A stretch of DNA of 63,891 bases, filler included, from Asterionella formosa (lineage: Eukaryota): assembly GCA_002256025.1 (NCBI GenBank). It is 5 parts of 5 records of this genome, joined end to end, with 100 filler letters (N's around TTAATTAATTAA, not from the genome) between each part and the next. Parts side by side here need not be neighbours in the genome. Positions count along the whole stretch, not along the records: positions 13,075 to 26,046 come from NKIB01007054.1; 4 more parts are not named here. One strand, written 5' to 3'. Below, one piece after another: positions 13,075 through 26,146 of the stretch. Both the position numbers and the translations under genes were made by a program. Under the pieces are notes generated by a model, which worked only from the letters and a program-made list of their open reading frames with translations, did not search any database and was not told the origin of the DNA. Every line of letters starts with the position of its first letter. Position 1 is the first letter of the stretch.

Positions 13075-14229
13075 CTTTTGCTCCCCCTCCTAAACACTAT
13101 CTCACCACCCTTGTCATAGATTTTTTTTATCCTTTGGCTTCACAGGCCCAGGTTACTCAATGCCTTCATCTGCAAGTTCAGCCAAGCAGGCCAACGTTGG
13201 CATCAAGAGAGAGTAAACGAAATTCATGATGCTTTATTCGAACCTCTATCATTGCGAATTGCAGCAAGTCACAATCTCCAATGTTCTACGACTTTCCTGT
13301 AAGAGATAATAACAACAATGTTAGCAAAACTGTTGCATCAAGTAAGCTAGGCAGCCATCTAAACGAAGATATGTGCAACGAAACAATCACATGAACAATC
13401 CATCACTCCAATTTCCGTATGAGCAGGCAATGTGCATATTACTTACCTGTGCTCTCATGGTTGATTGTTGCTTCCATTAAGAATGGTAGCAAGCCACATT
13501 CTCCAAGGTTCCTGTATGATTTTGAGGAGATCATATCAATGTTAGCAAAAGTGTTGCAACAATTAAAGCATCTCCAGCCACACATGTGCCATGAATTGAT
13601 GACATAAACAATCTTTATAGTAACTTCACGTCGTTCCAATCGACATAACGAGCATCAAATGAGAGCATAGTACCTTACCTATGCTCTCAAGGTTGATTGA
13701 TGGGTGACAGGTAGCGTTGTTAACCCTCACATCTGCATATATGGAAGGGAAAGATGTGCGTTATTAATGTCGAAATCCAAATTATTGGACACAGACACTA
13801 CAAACCCTCTGCAGCATTGTGAACAAACATATTAAGTGCGGTTTCTTACCTCGTAATTAGGTTGATTTTTATCGTTCGTCCTGAGGAAGTGTAGAAACTT
13901 TGAGTGGTAGCAGCGCACACGAACAGCGATACAATTTTATAGTTTGCTTCCGGTCTCACACAGTACCGATCATAAGCCCCTTGGTAGCCACAGTTGAGAA
14001 GCAAAACAGTCATGTAACTTACCTCTTCTCACCGGTTGGTTTGATATCAGCCAGTACAAGAAGGCTCTCTATCACCATTCCCTCATCAGTTTGTTATGTG
14101 GAATAGAATGCATTACCGGTATGAATTTTTTAACAATATCTCAACATTTCCTCTTCTTCAAAAAGTGTGTATAACATACATCTCTGTATGTCTAGTACTT
14201 TTTTTGAAGGAACATTTAGAATTCGAATA

Positions 14230-14515
14230 CCCGGTACTGTGAAACTGTACCTATTACTACTCTGGTACTATGAAACTGTAGGTTTGCCCTACCAGAATTC
14301 CCTTCTTCCCCTTGTCTCAATACCCGGTCGGAACATAACGTGGCTACAGTGAAACTGTACGTATTACTACGCCGGTACTGTGAAACTGTAGGTTTGCCCT
14401 ACCAGATTTCCCTCTTCCCCTTGTCTCAATACCCGGTCGGAACATGACGTGTTGGCTACATTGAAACTGTACCTATTACTAAGCTGGTACAATGAAACTG
14501 TAGCTTTGCGCTACG
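14230..14515. repeat. About 110-bp tandem repeat (about 2.5 copies) with internal TGAAACTGTA sub-repeats
   Basis: GTAGGTTTGCCCTACCAGA...CCCCTTGTCTCAATACCCGGTCGGAACAT occurs twice; TGAAACTGTA occurs six times. Confidence 0.9.
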
Positions 14516-14528
14516 AATCTAATGTCTA

Positions 14529-16183
14529 TTACTGAGTATGTTGGGGCGTGTAGCTACCAAACCATTCATGCCAAATCGACAGGCAGCTCAAATGTTTCTT
14601 ATAGAGTTCATACCTTGTACATCCATTTTCATTTTTCTTCATGTGAATGGCACTAACAGATGTTGAAACACTTTGATCATTCAAAGATCTTTTACTTTGT
14701 ATTGATGATGAGGACTGTGCAGAGGAGGATGAAAAATCGAAGGATGACAAATGATTCAAAAGAGACTGTAAGTGTTGTGGTCGAACTAAGCCATCAACTC
14801 TGTCGTTCAACTGTGAAAAGTTTGCTCTCATTTCAGAATGCAAATTTGTAAATCAATCTCTGACACCAGGTAAAATAGAGTCAATTCTAAGATCCACTGA
14901 ATCCTTAACCAAATTCAGATGATGACTCATATTCTTTAAAAATTCTTACAATTCTTCACAGTTAAACACATCCAATGTGAACAAAAATGAACCCAACCAT
15001 TCAATATCATTGTTGCTGCATGTTGCAGAATGACGACATGGAGGCAAGAGAGCAAATTAAGAAAAGCATAGGCGGTAGAATTGGTAGCTGCATCAATAGA
15101 TTCAATTTCTTTTTCAATAAATGGAAAGATTGTTTGTTGCAGGGTCATTGAAGGTTTGATGTGATCTTGTGGAAAAAACACTTCCTTTTTCATCTGGATG
15201 ACCAGCCATAACACGCATGGCTTTCATTGGCAGTTTAGCTGAATAAACATCACATCGAGTATTCACATTCCAATTTCCAAGGTCATTGATGTTATAGTCA
15301 TCAAGTTCATCCAATTCTGCTTTGACTGAACCAGCCAATCAACCAAAATACACGAAATGTTTTGAAATAATGCCAAGATGACTGCAAGCATTCTTCATTT
15401 TACTTGCATATGCCTGATCAGTTACTGAAATAGTGTTGTCAAAGCCCCAATAATCTGTCAACAGCTTAATATTGAACCAGGTTTGTTTGAAGTAACATCA
15501 AATGATTCGCCTCTTAGGATCCCATTTGTTGGTGCCATCTTGGCAATATCGATCACGTAAAGATGCCACTGAATAAATGGATGATAGCAAATTTTTTTAA
15601 AGAAGAAATCTTCAAGTCTTCGGATATCTTGAGCAGCAGTGTATGGCATGAATTCACTTGTCAATTTTTCATCAAAATTGCTTTTCGCAATTTGTGTCTT
15701 TCTCATTTTTACTGTCGTCAGCAATCTTTTGACATGGCCAGACATTAGTACTTCCTTGGGTATGTTGTTGCATCCTCCATCTCGTTGCTGTGCATGCAAA
15801 TCTAGGATGGCTGACCGATATTGATTGAGTACACTTTATCCAATTGGCTTCTCTGAAATCCAATTGGAGTTGGAAATTACAGATTCATTATCATCCTTTG
15901 AAAATTGTTCTGCCTTCCACAGGTTTACATTGACCTGGTCATCCTCTGGGTCGCTGATGACATTTTGATTGATTCCATAGAAAGCCAAAGAACTTTTTTC
16001 TGTCACTGTTGTAGTAGATGGGATGCCATCCATCTCAGACGGAAAAGCATAACGAGAAAAATCAAGGAATTCTGCCATTTTTCTGCTTCTATAGACAAGA
16101 ATGGTGTTTTCCGGACGGCCAGCCTTATCGTCTACTGCAACTTGTTTTGCTTGAGCTGCGAATTTTCCACTTGTGTATGACAT
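14529..16183 (-). mobile_element. Degenerate Crypton-like tyrosine-recombinase DNA transposon (Ndc10-II-like and GCR1_C-like segments)
   Basis: Colinear frameshifted fragments: RPENTILVY..K..EF; GILRGES; LGNWN...YSAKLPMKAMRVMAGH; LQQTIFPFIE...AFLNLL..LHVVILQHAA; and C-terminal SIWHEWFG. Confidence 0.75.
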
Positions 16184-16244
16184 GCTTAAATTGGAATAAA
16201 TGATTTTGGTTATTTGGGAGGAGGTTGTATAAATTATGTGGTAA

Positions 16245-16418
16245 CGAATTCAATTCAAATGAAGAAGGGATGAGACAGGCAAAGAAGAATGAGAGTTTGG
16301 TTTTGGTTGTAACAATTTGACGATAACAGCGAATTCAATTCAAATGGAGAAGGGATGAGACAGGCAAAGAAGAACGAGAGTTTGGTTTTGGTTGTAACAA
16401 GATGATAATAACAGCGAA
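16245..16418. repeat. About 85-bp direct tandem duplication upstream of the Crypton ORF
   Basis: CGAATTCAATTCAAATG(A/G)AGAAGGGATGAGACAGGCAAAGAAGAA...TTGTAACAA occurs twice. Confidence 0.92.
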
Positions 16419-16801
16419 ATTACAAACATTCATGATCACTGCCTGTGTAAACAGTGCTACTTGATTGCTAGTGCATTAGCTGTCACTACGGGTATAATTT
16501 TCTGTCCAAGAACAAAATATACCGATACCAGGTACCAGGGTACTACCTATAGCTATATACTCCACATATGTGCATAACATACCGATAATAATACATCATA
16601 AATGTACATGATATAGAAGAGAGGTGAGGGTTGGTTATTTAACACGTCCAGACTTGCCACACAAAATGAAGTCTGACGCGTGGTTTGAAAATAATAATAA
16701 GCTCGAGTTATTGTACCAAATGAATTAGTAATTGATTGCGCGCCCATCACAACATGCAATAAAATGTGCACCAGACTCAAAATATATAATCCATTTTGTT
16801 T

Positions 16802-17185
16802 GGGAATGGCTTAGTGGTTTAGCACGTTGCCTTTGATCTGAGGTTGAGAGGTTCGATTCCCGAAAATTTTTGGGAAGCAATTGCTTATTGGGTTCGATTC
16901 CTACACTCCTTACCGTCCCGCACAGGCTTGCCTGGTGTGCAAGAAATAGTGGGTTTCCCTGCCCCCTAGTACAAGCAGCTTGTGCCGCCTAACTAGTAGG
17001 CAGTGGAGTTTCACCTAACGCTGCGGCTAAGACGATCACCTTTTGCGAGAGGTGGTTGGGGAATCACCTATGCTAACAAAACTAGCTAGGGAAGCACAGC
17101 AGGTCTTGTCGGCAGGCAGCACAATGACAGCCTTGCCTAGAAATAGGGGAGTATGAATGGGCTATAGAACATACAAACTTATTTT
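16802..17185 (+). mobile_element. tRNA-derived SINE (384 bp) with 17-bp target-site duplication
   Basis: TATAATCCATTTTGTTT at 16785-16801 and 17186-17202. The insert starts GGG and has an A box (TGGCTTAGTGG, 16807), a B box (GGTTCGATTCC, 16850) and a second B box near 16890. Confidence 0.88.
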
Positions 17186-17215
17186 TATAATCCATTTTGT
17201 TTCATCACAAACATA

Positions 17216-18288
17216 ATGTCGATGCCAAGAACAAAGAGGAAATCGGCACCAAAATATTCCATCTCTGATCGGGAGGTGATGAATCTCATACTACTGAAAA
17301 ATATTGTGACCGAATTGGAGGTTCAGAGGGCAAATAATAACGGCATTTTGCCCTACGGGTCAGCCAAGGAAATCGTCGAAAAAAGGAAGGTGATTTTCTC
17401 TTGATTGACAAACAAAAATTTTACTAAATGATTCGCAAGTTGAACAAAGATGACGTTGTCACATACGACAAAAGCAGCTATGGGGGAGGTTCTCCCCAAG
17501 ATATCTCAAACTGTTTTCAGACACCAGCAAGTACAGATATGGTGAATGACAATGAAGAAATGTGTGCTGCTGATAAATGATTTCTATTTTGAATGGATAT
17601 AAAACTATGGCTAATGTTATACTAGTTACTACAAGTACAGTTGTAACTACTGAAACTTCTAGTTCTGCTGTTTGGGATGGAAGGCCAAAGCCTGAGACAA
17701 AACTATATTTAGAAACAATCAAAAGCAAATCAAGAGAGCGCAACATGAATATCACAGCCAGGAGGATTGACAGCCTCGCCAATGATCGAGGTCGAGCCAT
17801 ACATTGTTGAGATGATAGGACAACTGGCCAAAATGCCTCACCCCATGCATCCTCACATGCCATCAGGGACTAGAACTTGCCAATTCACTTGTTGAGTGAA
17901 AATCGATTACGACGAAAGTGCTGAACAACTGGAGACTTAAACACTGTGGCACATTCAAACACATTCGTAAGGAGGGAGCAGACTCAATCTTGTGCTTGCT
18001 GGCACCTGGTGGTAACTGGAGAGTATTCATGCAGAGGAATGGGCATCTTGTGAAAGCAAAGAGAGGAGTCAAATTTGACGTCAAACGATCTGAGTAGTTT
18101 ACGGGCACTGTCCAGAACTTTTAGCAGATGTACGACGATTTTTATGAAGAGTTTGCCAAGACTGTAATTGAAGCAAAATTGGAACAGCCAGCTTGGCTCA
18201 ATCAAAAAAGGAGCATTGTTCAACTGCTGGAAGAAGAAGCATTTGGGTTAAAGTCCCAATTCAAACTCCTGCACCCCGATAAATATTG
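17216..18288 (+). mobile_element. Degenerate pogo/Tc1-mariner-like transposase, N-terminal half
   Basis: Fragments WRVFMQRNGHLVKAKRGVKFDVKRSE...QMYDDFYEEF...EEEAFGLKSQFKLLHPDK resemble the region preceding the DDE_1 core in diatom pogo-like elements. Many stops. Confidence 0.6.
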
Positions 18289-18760
18289 AAATGTTGTAAT
18301 CTGTCTTCCCTGTGAAACATAATTAAGTCTACATTATCAAGATATTATTATGTACCGCTTTGAACCTCTATAATGGATGAATGCATCATTATAATATTCA
18401 TATCTTCCATTCTTGTCAATGGAATCTGGTTGAATCATTTGTCCTATCATAATCCTCCCCCTCTCGTGAACATATGTAGCATCTAAGGTGATTGAAATGA
18501 ATTTTTAAGTATTTAGTTGGACTCATTGATTGAACATAGTGAAATAGAGGTTCAAAGCAGTTTTAGGTGGTAGCAGTAAAAACTGCCATGACCCATTGAG
18601 TTAGAGTGTTTGTTTGACTCACTCCTCCGACTAATGGTAATTTCTACCAAATTGCGAATCCGTTTGTTCGATTGTGTCAGAGCAGCATTGATCAATCAAG
18701 CTGTCATGTTAGAATTCTGATTTAATGATTTCATCAGAAGATACGATGATAATAAAACAG

Positions 18761-19190
18761 CTATAAAGTGATTTCAATGGGTCAAGAAGGCAGTTTATAA
18801 TTTTTTCGTCATAAACGTATATACATTTATATACATTTTCGAGGACGGATTAGGTCATGTGTGAAAGCACTTGTCATGCGTGTTATTGTAAAGGTGCGAT
18901 GAAAACCTGGTATACCCATACCGGGTACATACATAACGCATATCTAACGCATATCTTATGCATGATGATGCCAAGCGCCTATAAAGTGATTTCAACAATG
19001 GGTCAAGAAGGCAGTATATAATTTTTTCTCATAAACGTATATACATTTATATACATTTTCGAGGACGGATTAGGTCATGTGTGAAAGCACTTGTCATGCA
19101 TGTTATTGTAAAGGTGCGATGAAAACCTGGTATACCCTTACCGGGTACATACATAACGCATATCTTATGCATGATGATGCCAAGCGTCTA
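18761..19190. repeat. About 215-bp tandem duplication (2 copies, high identity)
   Basis: CTATAAAGTGATTTCAA...GATGATGCCAAGCG at 18761-18978 and 18979-19190, differing by small indels. Confidence 0.95.
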
Positions 19191-20237
19191 AATAATTTGC
19201 CATCTCCGTAGAAGTCAATACCAAGACAAGATAAGCAATTCTGTCTCAAATGAGGTGAAGGTTCAAATTAATATTGAACGTCTTTTATCATATGATGCGG
19301 TGACTTCTATACTTACCCTAATCCGTGTTCTTCATGGTTTTTCTGTCGATCGACAATTTCAGGCAATCTATCGAGATGAACAACTTGCTCGAATCTCAAA
19401 CTAATTTCCCGTTAAATAGCTGACTAGCCTATATGCTCGGGAAGGAGCCAGAACTCTCAAAATTTGTTTGTTTCAAGTAAGTTTTGATTGCAAAACTTGT
19501 TATTCTGCGTTCAATGGGTAACGGCAGTTTTTTACTGTTACCTGGTACCAGTGTCTGACACAATGTAGGGTACCTGGTACCAGGGTACCAAACTTCGAAA
19601 TCATAACCAACACCATCCACTTGGCCGCGCTACGCAAGTTGATAAAGCAGCACGACTAAAAAGCGGGACTTGAGGGAAGTCGTACTGGGAGAACCGGTGC
19701 AATTTTTTCACTGTAGTTTCTATGTAGATTTTACCTTGTTGTGGTACCGATACCTGGTACTCCGAATACCAGGTTTTTGTATTCCTAATCCATCATGGGT
19801 TGTTTCCATTCAGCAACCGGTATGTTTATGTACCGGTAGTATAGAAAAATCAAGTCAATTTTTGTCCTCCTCCTGCTCCTCGTCTGTTGCTTGGGCGTGG
19901 TGATGGTGGCTTGCTTGTTTCAACAATGCATGTGAAAATGTCTACTGTAGGAGTACCTGTAGTAGCTGATACAGTACTGCGTACTACCGCGAAAACAGTT
20001 TATTTAAATATACGTGTCATCAATATATACGTAGCGATACATTGTTACATACCGGTGTATGGTAAATATTTTAGTGCGTAAAAACAGTACGAGGGTTTCT
20101 ATGAAACAAGCAAATTTGCAGCACAGGGGCGGGGGTCTTGCCGATACCAGGGGTACCGGCAGCTGAAACAACTAATTCATCACAAAGCGAATACTGTAAA
20201 CAGTGTCAGACAGTCCGTTGAATTAGTAGAGCAAGCC

Positions 20238-22848
20238 ATGGCAGAAGAGGATAACAGTTCAAATCCAGCTGAGAGCAAAGGAGAAGAGGCAGCTGGGGGC
20301 TCGGGGAACGAAGAGAATGAAGAAATGGACACCGAAGACAAGTCAAATACACCAAAGGATGCAGATTCGTCACAGTCCAGCGCCAAGGAAGAAAAGAAGG
20401 ACGGCGAATCAGAAGACATGCACGATGGAGAGAAGCCTAAGAAGAAGTACACAACCTGGCCGCTGCGAGAAATCAAGGAGCCTCACGAGAATGATGTCTT
20501 GTACGGACGAGGAGGTGGGACCAATCATCGTACGTTCATCTGTGCTATTTGTATTGTTTGCGATCAATTGTTATAAGTTGCACAATTTCAGAAACTAAAT
20601 ATGTTTTGCACCTCGTCAATCGCCTAGACCCCGGAAACAAACGATACCGAAAAATCGTGGAAGACAAGAAGCTCAGCTATGTCAACTCAAAGCGCTTGGA
20701 CAAACCCCTTGTGGCTCTCGAGATTATTAAATCATGGAGGGCTCAAGATCCTCCAGGTCGCTTCTTAAAATTTAGCGAAAAAACTGGTTTGTGGGAGGAC
20801 GTCGGTGACAAAAAGGCAAGGGAAAAGACATCCCAGGCTCTCAGGGAAAGGGCACCTGAAATCCGACGAAAACAGGAGGAAGAAGAAGAGGCAGCCAAGC
20901 ACGAGAACGAAGGCGATTCTGGAGAGGTGCGTATGTCGGCTTATCATAATTTAATTCAACGGATTCGGCTATTGGTCGCATTCTTGAACTCACAATGTGC
21001 TGTTAACAGGACCCCAAGGAAGCAAAGTCAACTCGCTTCGCAGACGGAACTAGCGACAAGAGAATGAACGATGTCAAGCGATCTGTTTTGGCGAGGGATC
21101 ATTCGCTCGGAAGAGAATACATTCCGAATGGTGAAGCAGTTACTTTGGATGGGTTTACGTGGTCTGAAGGTGTTGACCCGCGATCGCTTAGCAGTGGGAG
21201 CTTGCCTGGGATATCATATCCAGCAGGACGGAATACATCGACTGGATCTGTTGGAGTTCCACCCCCGCAGCATTACCCGCCTAATCATCGAATGGGAAGC
21301 CATTCCAGTATGGGAACACCCCCTCCCCCTGGCGGATACTATGATAGAAACATGTCAGGATTGTCCACATTATCCATGGGGCCAATGGATGATAGATCGA
21401 GGGAGCATTCAACTGAACGTAGGTACGAATATTGGGAACGATTTCCTTCTGGAAGCTCACTTGGTGGGGGCAGCATGGGGCAGCTTCCGCCAATGGGACC
21501 ACCCATGCCAATTCGTTATGCAAGTGGAGAATACCCGCAACCTAGAGGGTACGGTTCAGGCTCATCGGAGTCATCGTCACGGCGTCACGATGCGTTTATG
21601 GCTAGTAGAGAACATTCGTTGTCTGGAGTTCCCTTACGTGATGCTTCGACTAATCACCCAGCGTCACCATTTGACATGTATGGATCGGGATACTGGAGCA
21701 ACCAGTCATTTCCGCCGCCGCCGCCACCACCGTATGAAATGCCAGGGCAATATCCATCTCCTGGCCGTTGGATGAGTGGTGATTCTGGATATGGGCTAGG
21801 TCGAACTCCATCAGGGAGCTTTGACCCTATGATGCATCAGAATCAAAATATGGGTCCACCAATGGCACATGGCGGAGAAATGGGTTATAGGCACGGGCGA
21901 GTTCAATCTGGAAACTCGTTTGATCCTATGATGAGTCGAAGCCCTCCGCACTCGCGACCAGCACCAAACCATTGTCCACCTTATGATCATGTTCGTACTC
22001 AATCTGGCAATAGCTATGATCCTATGATAAGACGAGAAAAGTGTAACCCAAAGGAGCAGGCAAGATCAGGAAGTAAGTACTTCGACACGTGGTCGTCTCA
22101 ACCTGAAGATTTCGAAAAGGTGGCGACAATGTTCAATGAAGAAATGCCGTCGTCTTGGTCTGGGCAAACAGCACGTCACTCAATTCCGCCAACAGAATCC
22201 TCCGCCTTTCGTGGCCACGAAAGTGATAGTGCGGGCTTGATTGTGACCAGAAGGGGCGATCTACCAAGGCCGGATGTTGTAAAAAGAAATACTTCCAACC
22301 AAAACGAGGACGAATCGAATAAGCGAGGTCTTGCTGGTGGGTCAGTAAAAAGAGCAGCTCTGAACCGCGATAGTAGCGCAGTAGCAAATGCCTTGAAAGA
22401 GAAATACCCTCCTAGTGCTCTTAATCGTCCTGGCGTTATTAAAGATCGAGGAGTTTCAGTTCAAGAGATGGACATGCTGAAAGATTCTTTAGAACAATCG
22501 AAACTTAGCGTCGATAGACCAAAGGCATCGAATCCCGAGCGAAGCAATTCCATGGATGCTATTACACAGGATCTCTTGGCTAAACCAAGTGTATTCAATA
22601 TTGGCAACAGAACGAGCACTATCGACGCTCTCACCTTTGAATTGGGCCTGGACACAGATTCTGATCACGTCACAAACGCACAAGGGTTACCTCGACCTCC
22701 ACCTTTTCGAGCAGGGGATCGCTTAAGTACTGCAGAATACTTGAATATTGTAAATGAGCCTATTGACGATGAAAGTGAGTCAATCGCACAACTTGATACG
22801 ACCAGGGCAGTGTCTGTGAACGATTGGCTAACCGATGATTCAGGGTAA
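20238..22848 (+). CDS. DUF6824-domain protein (diatom-expanded family) with a long disordered C-terminus; 2 introns
   Basis: HENDVLYGRGGGTNH|(H)PGNKRYRKIVE...PPGRFLK...WEDVGDKKAREKTSQALRE. GT-AG introns at about 20530-20628 and 20927-21009. Confidence 0.88.
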
Positions 22849-22996
22849 AGCAACATTTATTATCTTTACTCTCGACTTCGGGGTTCTTGCGTTCAGTGTA
22901 AGATCTAACAGTAAGGTTGCATTTTGGATACGAATTAGATGGACAGCACGAGTCTAGATAAAATCATCGTTCTCCACCATCAACACACTTAATATT

Positions 22997-25292
22997 TTAC
23001 TCGCTTCCTATTGCTCCTTCGAGGAATTTGAGACTCTTTTCAGCGAAGAAGCGTACATCCCTATCGGGGTCGTCTATCAAAATATTAAGGACGGGACGAA
23101 TTTGACTTACGTAAACGGACTGTCCATAAACGGGCCCCATCTGCTCCAAGCCTTTAGCCACGTTGAACCTTATATTCGCGACAGAATCAGTAGACAATTC
23201 TAACACCATCGGAAGTAATTCTATTTTCCCGATCTCTGGTTCCATCTTGGTTGAAATCATCGCGCAAGCTTGCACTGCAGTCAACCGCCTCAAATACGAC
23301 GAATGGAGCCTCATTTCTGCAATGGGCGGCAATAGGTATTCTATTGCCCAGTCAGTGCCAAACAATTCAGTCAAATCTCCCAAATTTGCTACAGCTGCCA
23401 TTCGAATACTTGAAATATCGTCGCCCAGCCAACCAACACACAACGAGGAAAGTTTATCAGTGAAGAAATCTCTTCCTAGCTGTTTCGCGAGGAGCGGTAT
23501 GTGTTTGATAATCGCGAGTCGGATTCTATAGTTCGAACGAAAATGAGAAAATGACAAGCCTCAAAAAAGTCTGTCATAGGTATCGAAAAGTAACTCACCT
23601 CCACTTTCCATCTTGAGAAAGATCCAAAATTGCAGGCAAAAGCGACTGAGATAGAAGGTCAACGCCAATAACTTCATTCAATGCTGATAAAGACGAGATC
23701 AAATTTAATCTAACCTCGGATGCGGCATCACGAAGAAGAAGTAGGACAGGCGGTACTAAATGCGTAATTGTTGCAGATTTCCCCAGAATAGGTGCTAATT
23801 CTGTCGCCACCATTGCCAACGCTGCGCGAACATGCTCCGAATCGTCTTCTGTTAAACTGGTTACTCTCTTGACCAAACGCTCCGCAACAGTAATGCGTAC
23901 AGAAGTAGATGCATCATCTTCATTTGCCCGCCCCGTTGGAGGAGGCAGTACCATCGTCACGCATTTTGCTACAGCGGCTAAATTGAATGTTGCAGCCGTC
24001 CTCACTTCTGCCTCTGGGTCCTGTAACAGTTTCTCGTATGCTGGAATTAACGAATCCATCACTCCAGGAAGTTTGTCAAATGCAGAGATAACATCAGCGA
24101 ATTTCGAAGCCGCAGTCCACCTTACACGCCACGATCGATCGTCAATAGTCGCAACGATAAGAGGTAGTAATTGGTTGACCAGGGAAAGCTCAGCTAGTGA
24201 ATAGCTGCCGTTGTCGGTCACGGAACTCATAACGCGCCCAAACGCCACACAATTTTCTGTTGTCTGCAGCCGAACCGAGTCCTGAAAATATAGTCACCTT
24301 GTCAGGACGACTTTTTACTTCAATTCAACATTCAAGAATAACTGAACTTACCGGCTGTTCGTTGGAAGCCAACTCTTCGTACAAAGGTGCCAAGATGGCG
24401 GCTACAATCCCCCCTTGTTCAAAGCAGGATCGACCATTGACATCTACCACTACTTGTAGCATAAGACCCAAGTGTTGAGAAGCAATTCTTCGCACCATGG
24501 GAGTGTCATCCCTACAGAGAGCCGCAAAATACTTGACATGTTCGTTCTGTTGCGCCACTGTCATGCGATTGTATGACGCTGCAATCAACGAAGCTGCAGA
24601 TATCCTCGCGGTGAACCATTCCATTGTTGCCAAACGTCCAATCATAGTAGCATACATTTCCTGAAAGACATCGTTGGTAAGCACATCGGCTACAGCTTGC
24701 GCGCTGATAGCGGCAGCGTCTCGGACCGTGTTTTCCTCTGACAACAAAAACTGTTAGTCGTTGTCAACATAGCTGCGAAATGTTTATGTCAGGTTGGGAG
24801 GATGTGCCGACTTACCCACACTCAGTAGAAGTTCCAACGGCGGCAGAAGTGCCTGTGCGTGGGAAGGGCCACCGACATGCTCGATGAGCTTTCCTAGGGA
24901 CGAAGCAATAGCAACCAACACTTCATCTTCGTCGTCAACGCCATCAGTCAGAAATGGCAACAGCTCCTAAGTGGTTTGTGGTTTGTCGAAAGGCGCGAGA
25001 AGGAGCTGTGAGTGAAAAAGAATTCGTGACGCGGATCACCAGCTAGGCACTTTGGAGTCATCACACGACTTGAGAAACTCACATCTCTTGTCCTCTCATG
25101 ACCAAGAGCAGCAGCAACTGCCTCAAGACGATTCGCTGCAGCCACTCGCGCAGAAACGTCCTCTCCTCGCAACATGTCGATGGCTTGCCGGGCTTCGTCG
25201 TCTTCCGACATGAGCGCCGTTGGCGGAGGCGGCGGAGGCCGCTTTGCGTCTTCTGATGGAGCGTCGATATCCATGGGTTCAGGAGAAAGCAT
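22997..25292 (-). CDS. PP2A-A: Protein phosphatase 2A scaffold (A/PR65) subunit, HEAT repeats, multi-exon
   Basis: Motifs [76 protein letters not shown]. Confidence 0.96.
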
Positions 25293-26046
25293 CCCGTACG
25301 AAGTGAAAAGTTATAAATAATAAAAAAACAAGCAAATAATAACATTTTTTTTTGCAGCATACCAGTATGCCTGTATGTTTTAATCACCTACCGGCAGTAC
25401 CTGGTACCTGGTACCGGTATGCATCATAGTTAAGCATCCCGTGACTTTCGTGCTGATGGCACTTCCTGTGTTAAATTAATAGTTGCATCAATAATTCAAA
25501 TTTCTTTCTGGCAGTTTTGACTGCTAAGATTTTCTCCGGCTCAATTGCCCTTTTGAGCGGCTTGCTCTAAGTTACAGATCCATGCATACATTATATATAG
25601 AAAGATTAAAATTGGCAACAAATACAGCCATTTAAAAAACTTGCTTGGTTTTTTTTCGGTTTTTACTTAAGGTCATCATCTATCTATCTTGAGCAAAATG
25701 TAGGTATTGCTTGAGGAAACATTTTTCTTCGAACCACCTATTCTCAACATACATAATTTGAAGTTGGATGTACAGTAGAACAAAGGCAACTTGACTTCAA
25801 TGGTGGATTGCACAACCATGAAACTGGCAATGATGCTGGGAAGAAACAATGGTATGCTCGCTTGTTTTGATGATCAGAACAGTTAAATATCTGGTGGTGT
25901 GGTCCATGTAAGCAAATGAAACAACCATAGAAAGTATATATGTATGCAACAATAGTTGTTCTAGTATTGAACATATAATTATGATAGGTTTCCCACATAT
26001 ATTTGAGTGGCTGGTTGATGTAGCTAAAACAGCATTTGGCAATATG

Positions 26047-26146
26047 NNNNNNNNNNNNNNNNNNNNNNNNNNNNNNNNNNNNNNNNNNNNTTAATTAATT
26101 AANNNNNNNNNNNNNNNNNNNNNNNNNNNNNNNNNNNNNNNNNNNN
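26047..26146. other. Artificial contig linker
   Basis: N44-TTAATTAATTAA-N44. Confidence 0.98.

Noticed and set aside
14230..14515. CRISPR-like repeat-spacer array
   Set aside because: The intervening sequences are themselves repeated; this is an ordinary tandem repeat.
16802..16862. tRNA gene
   Set aside because: A and B boxes are present, but the cloverleaf is incomplete and the sequence lies within a TSD-flanked insert, so it is a SINE head.
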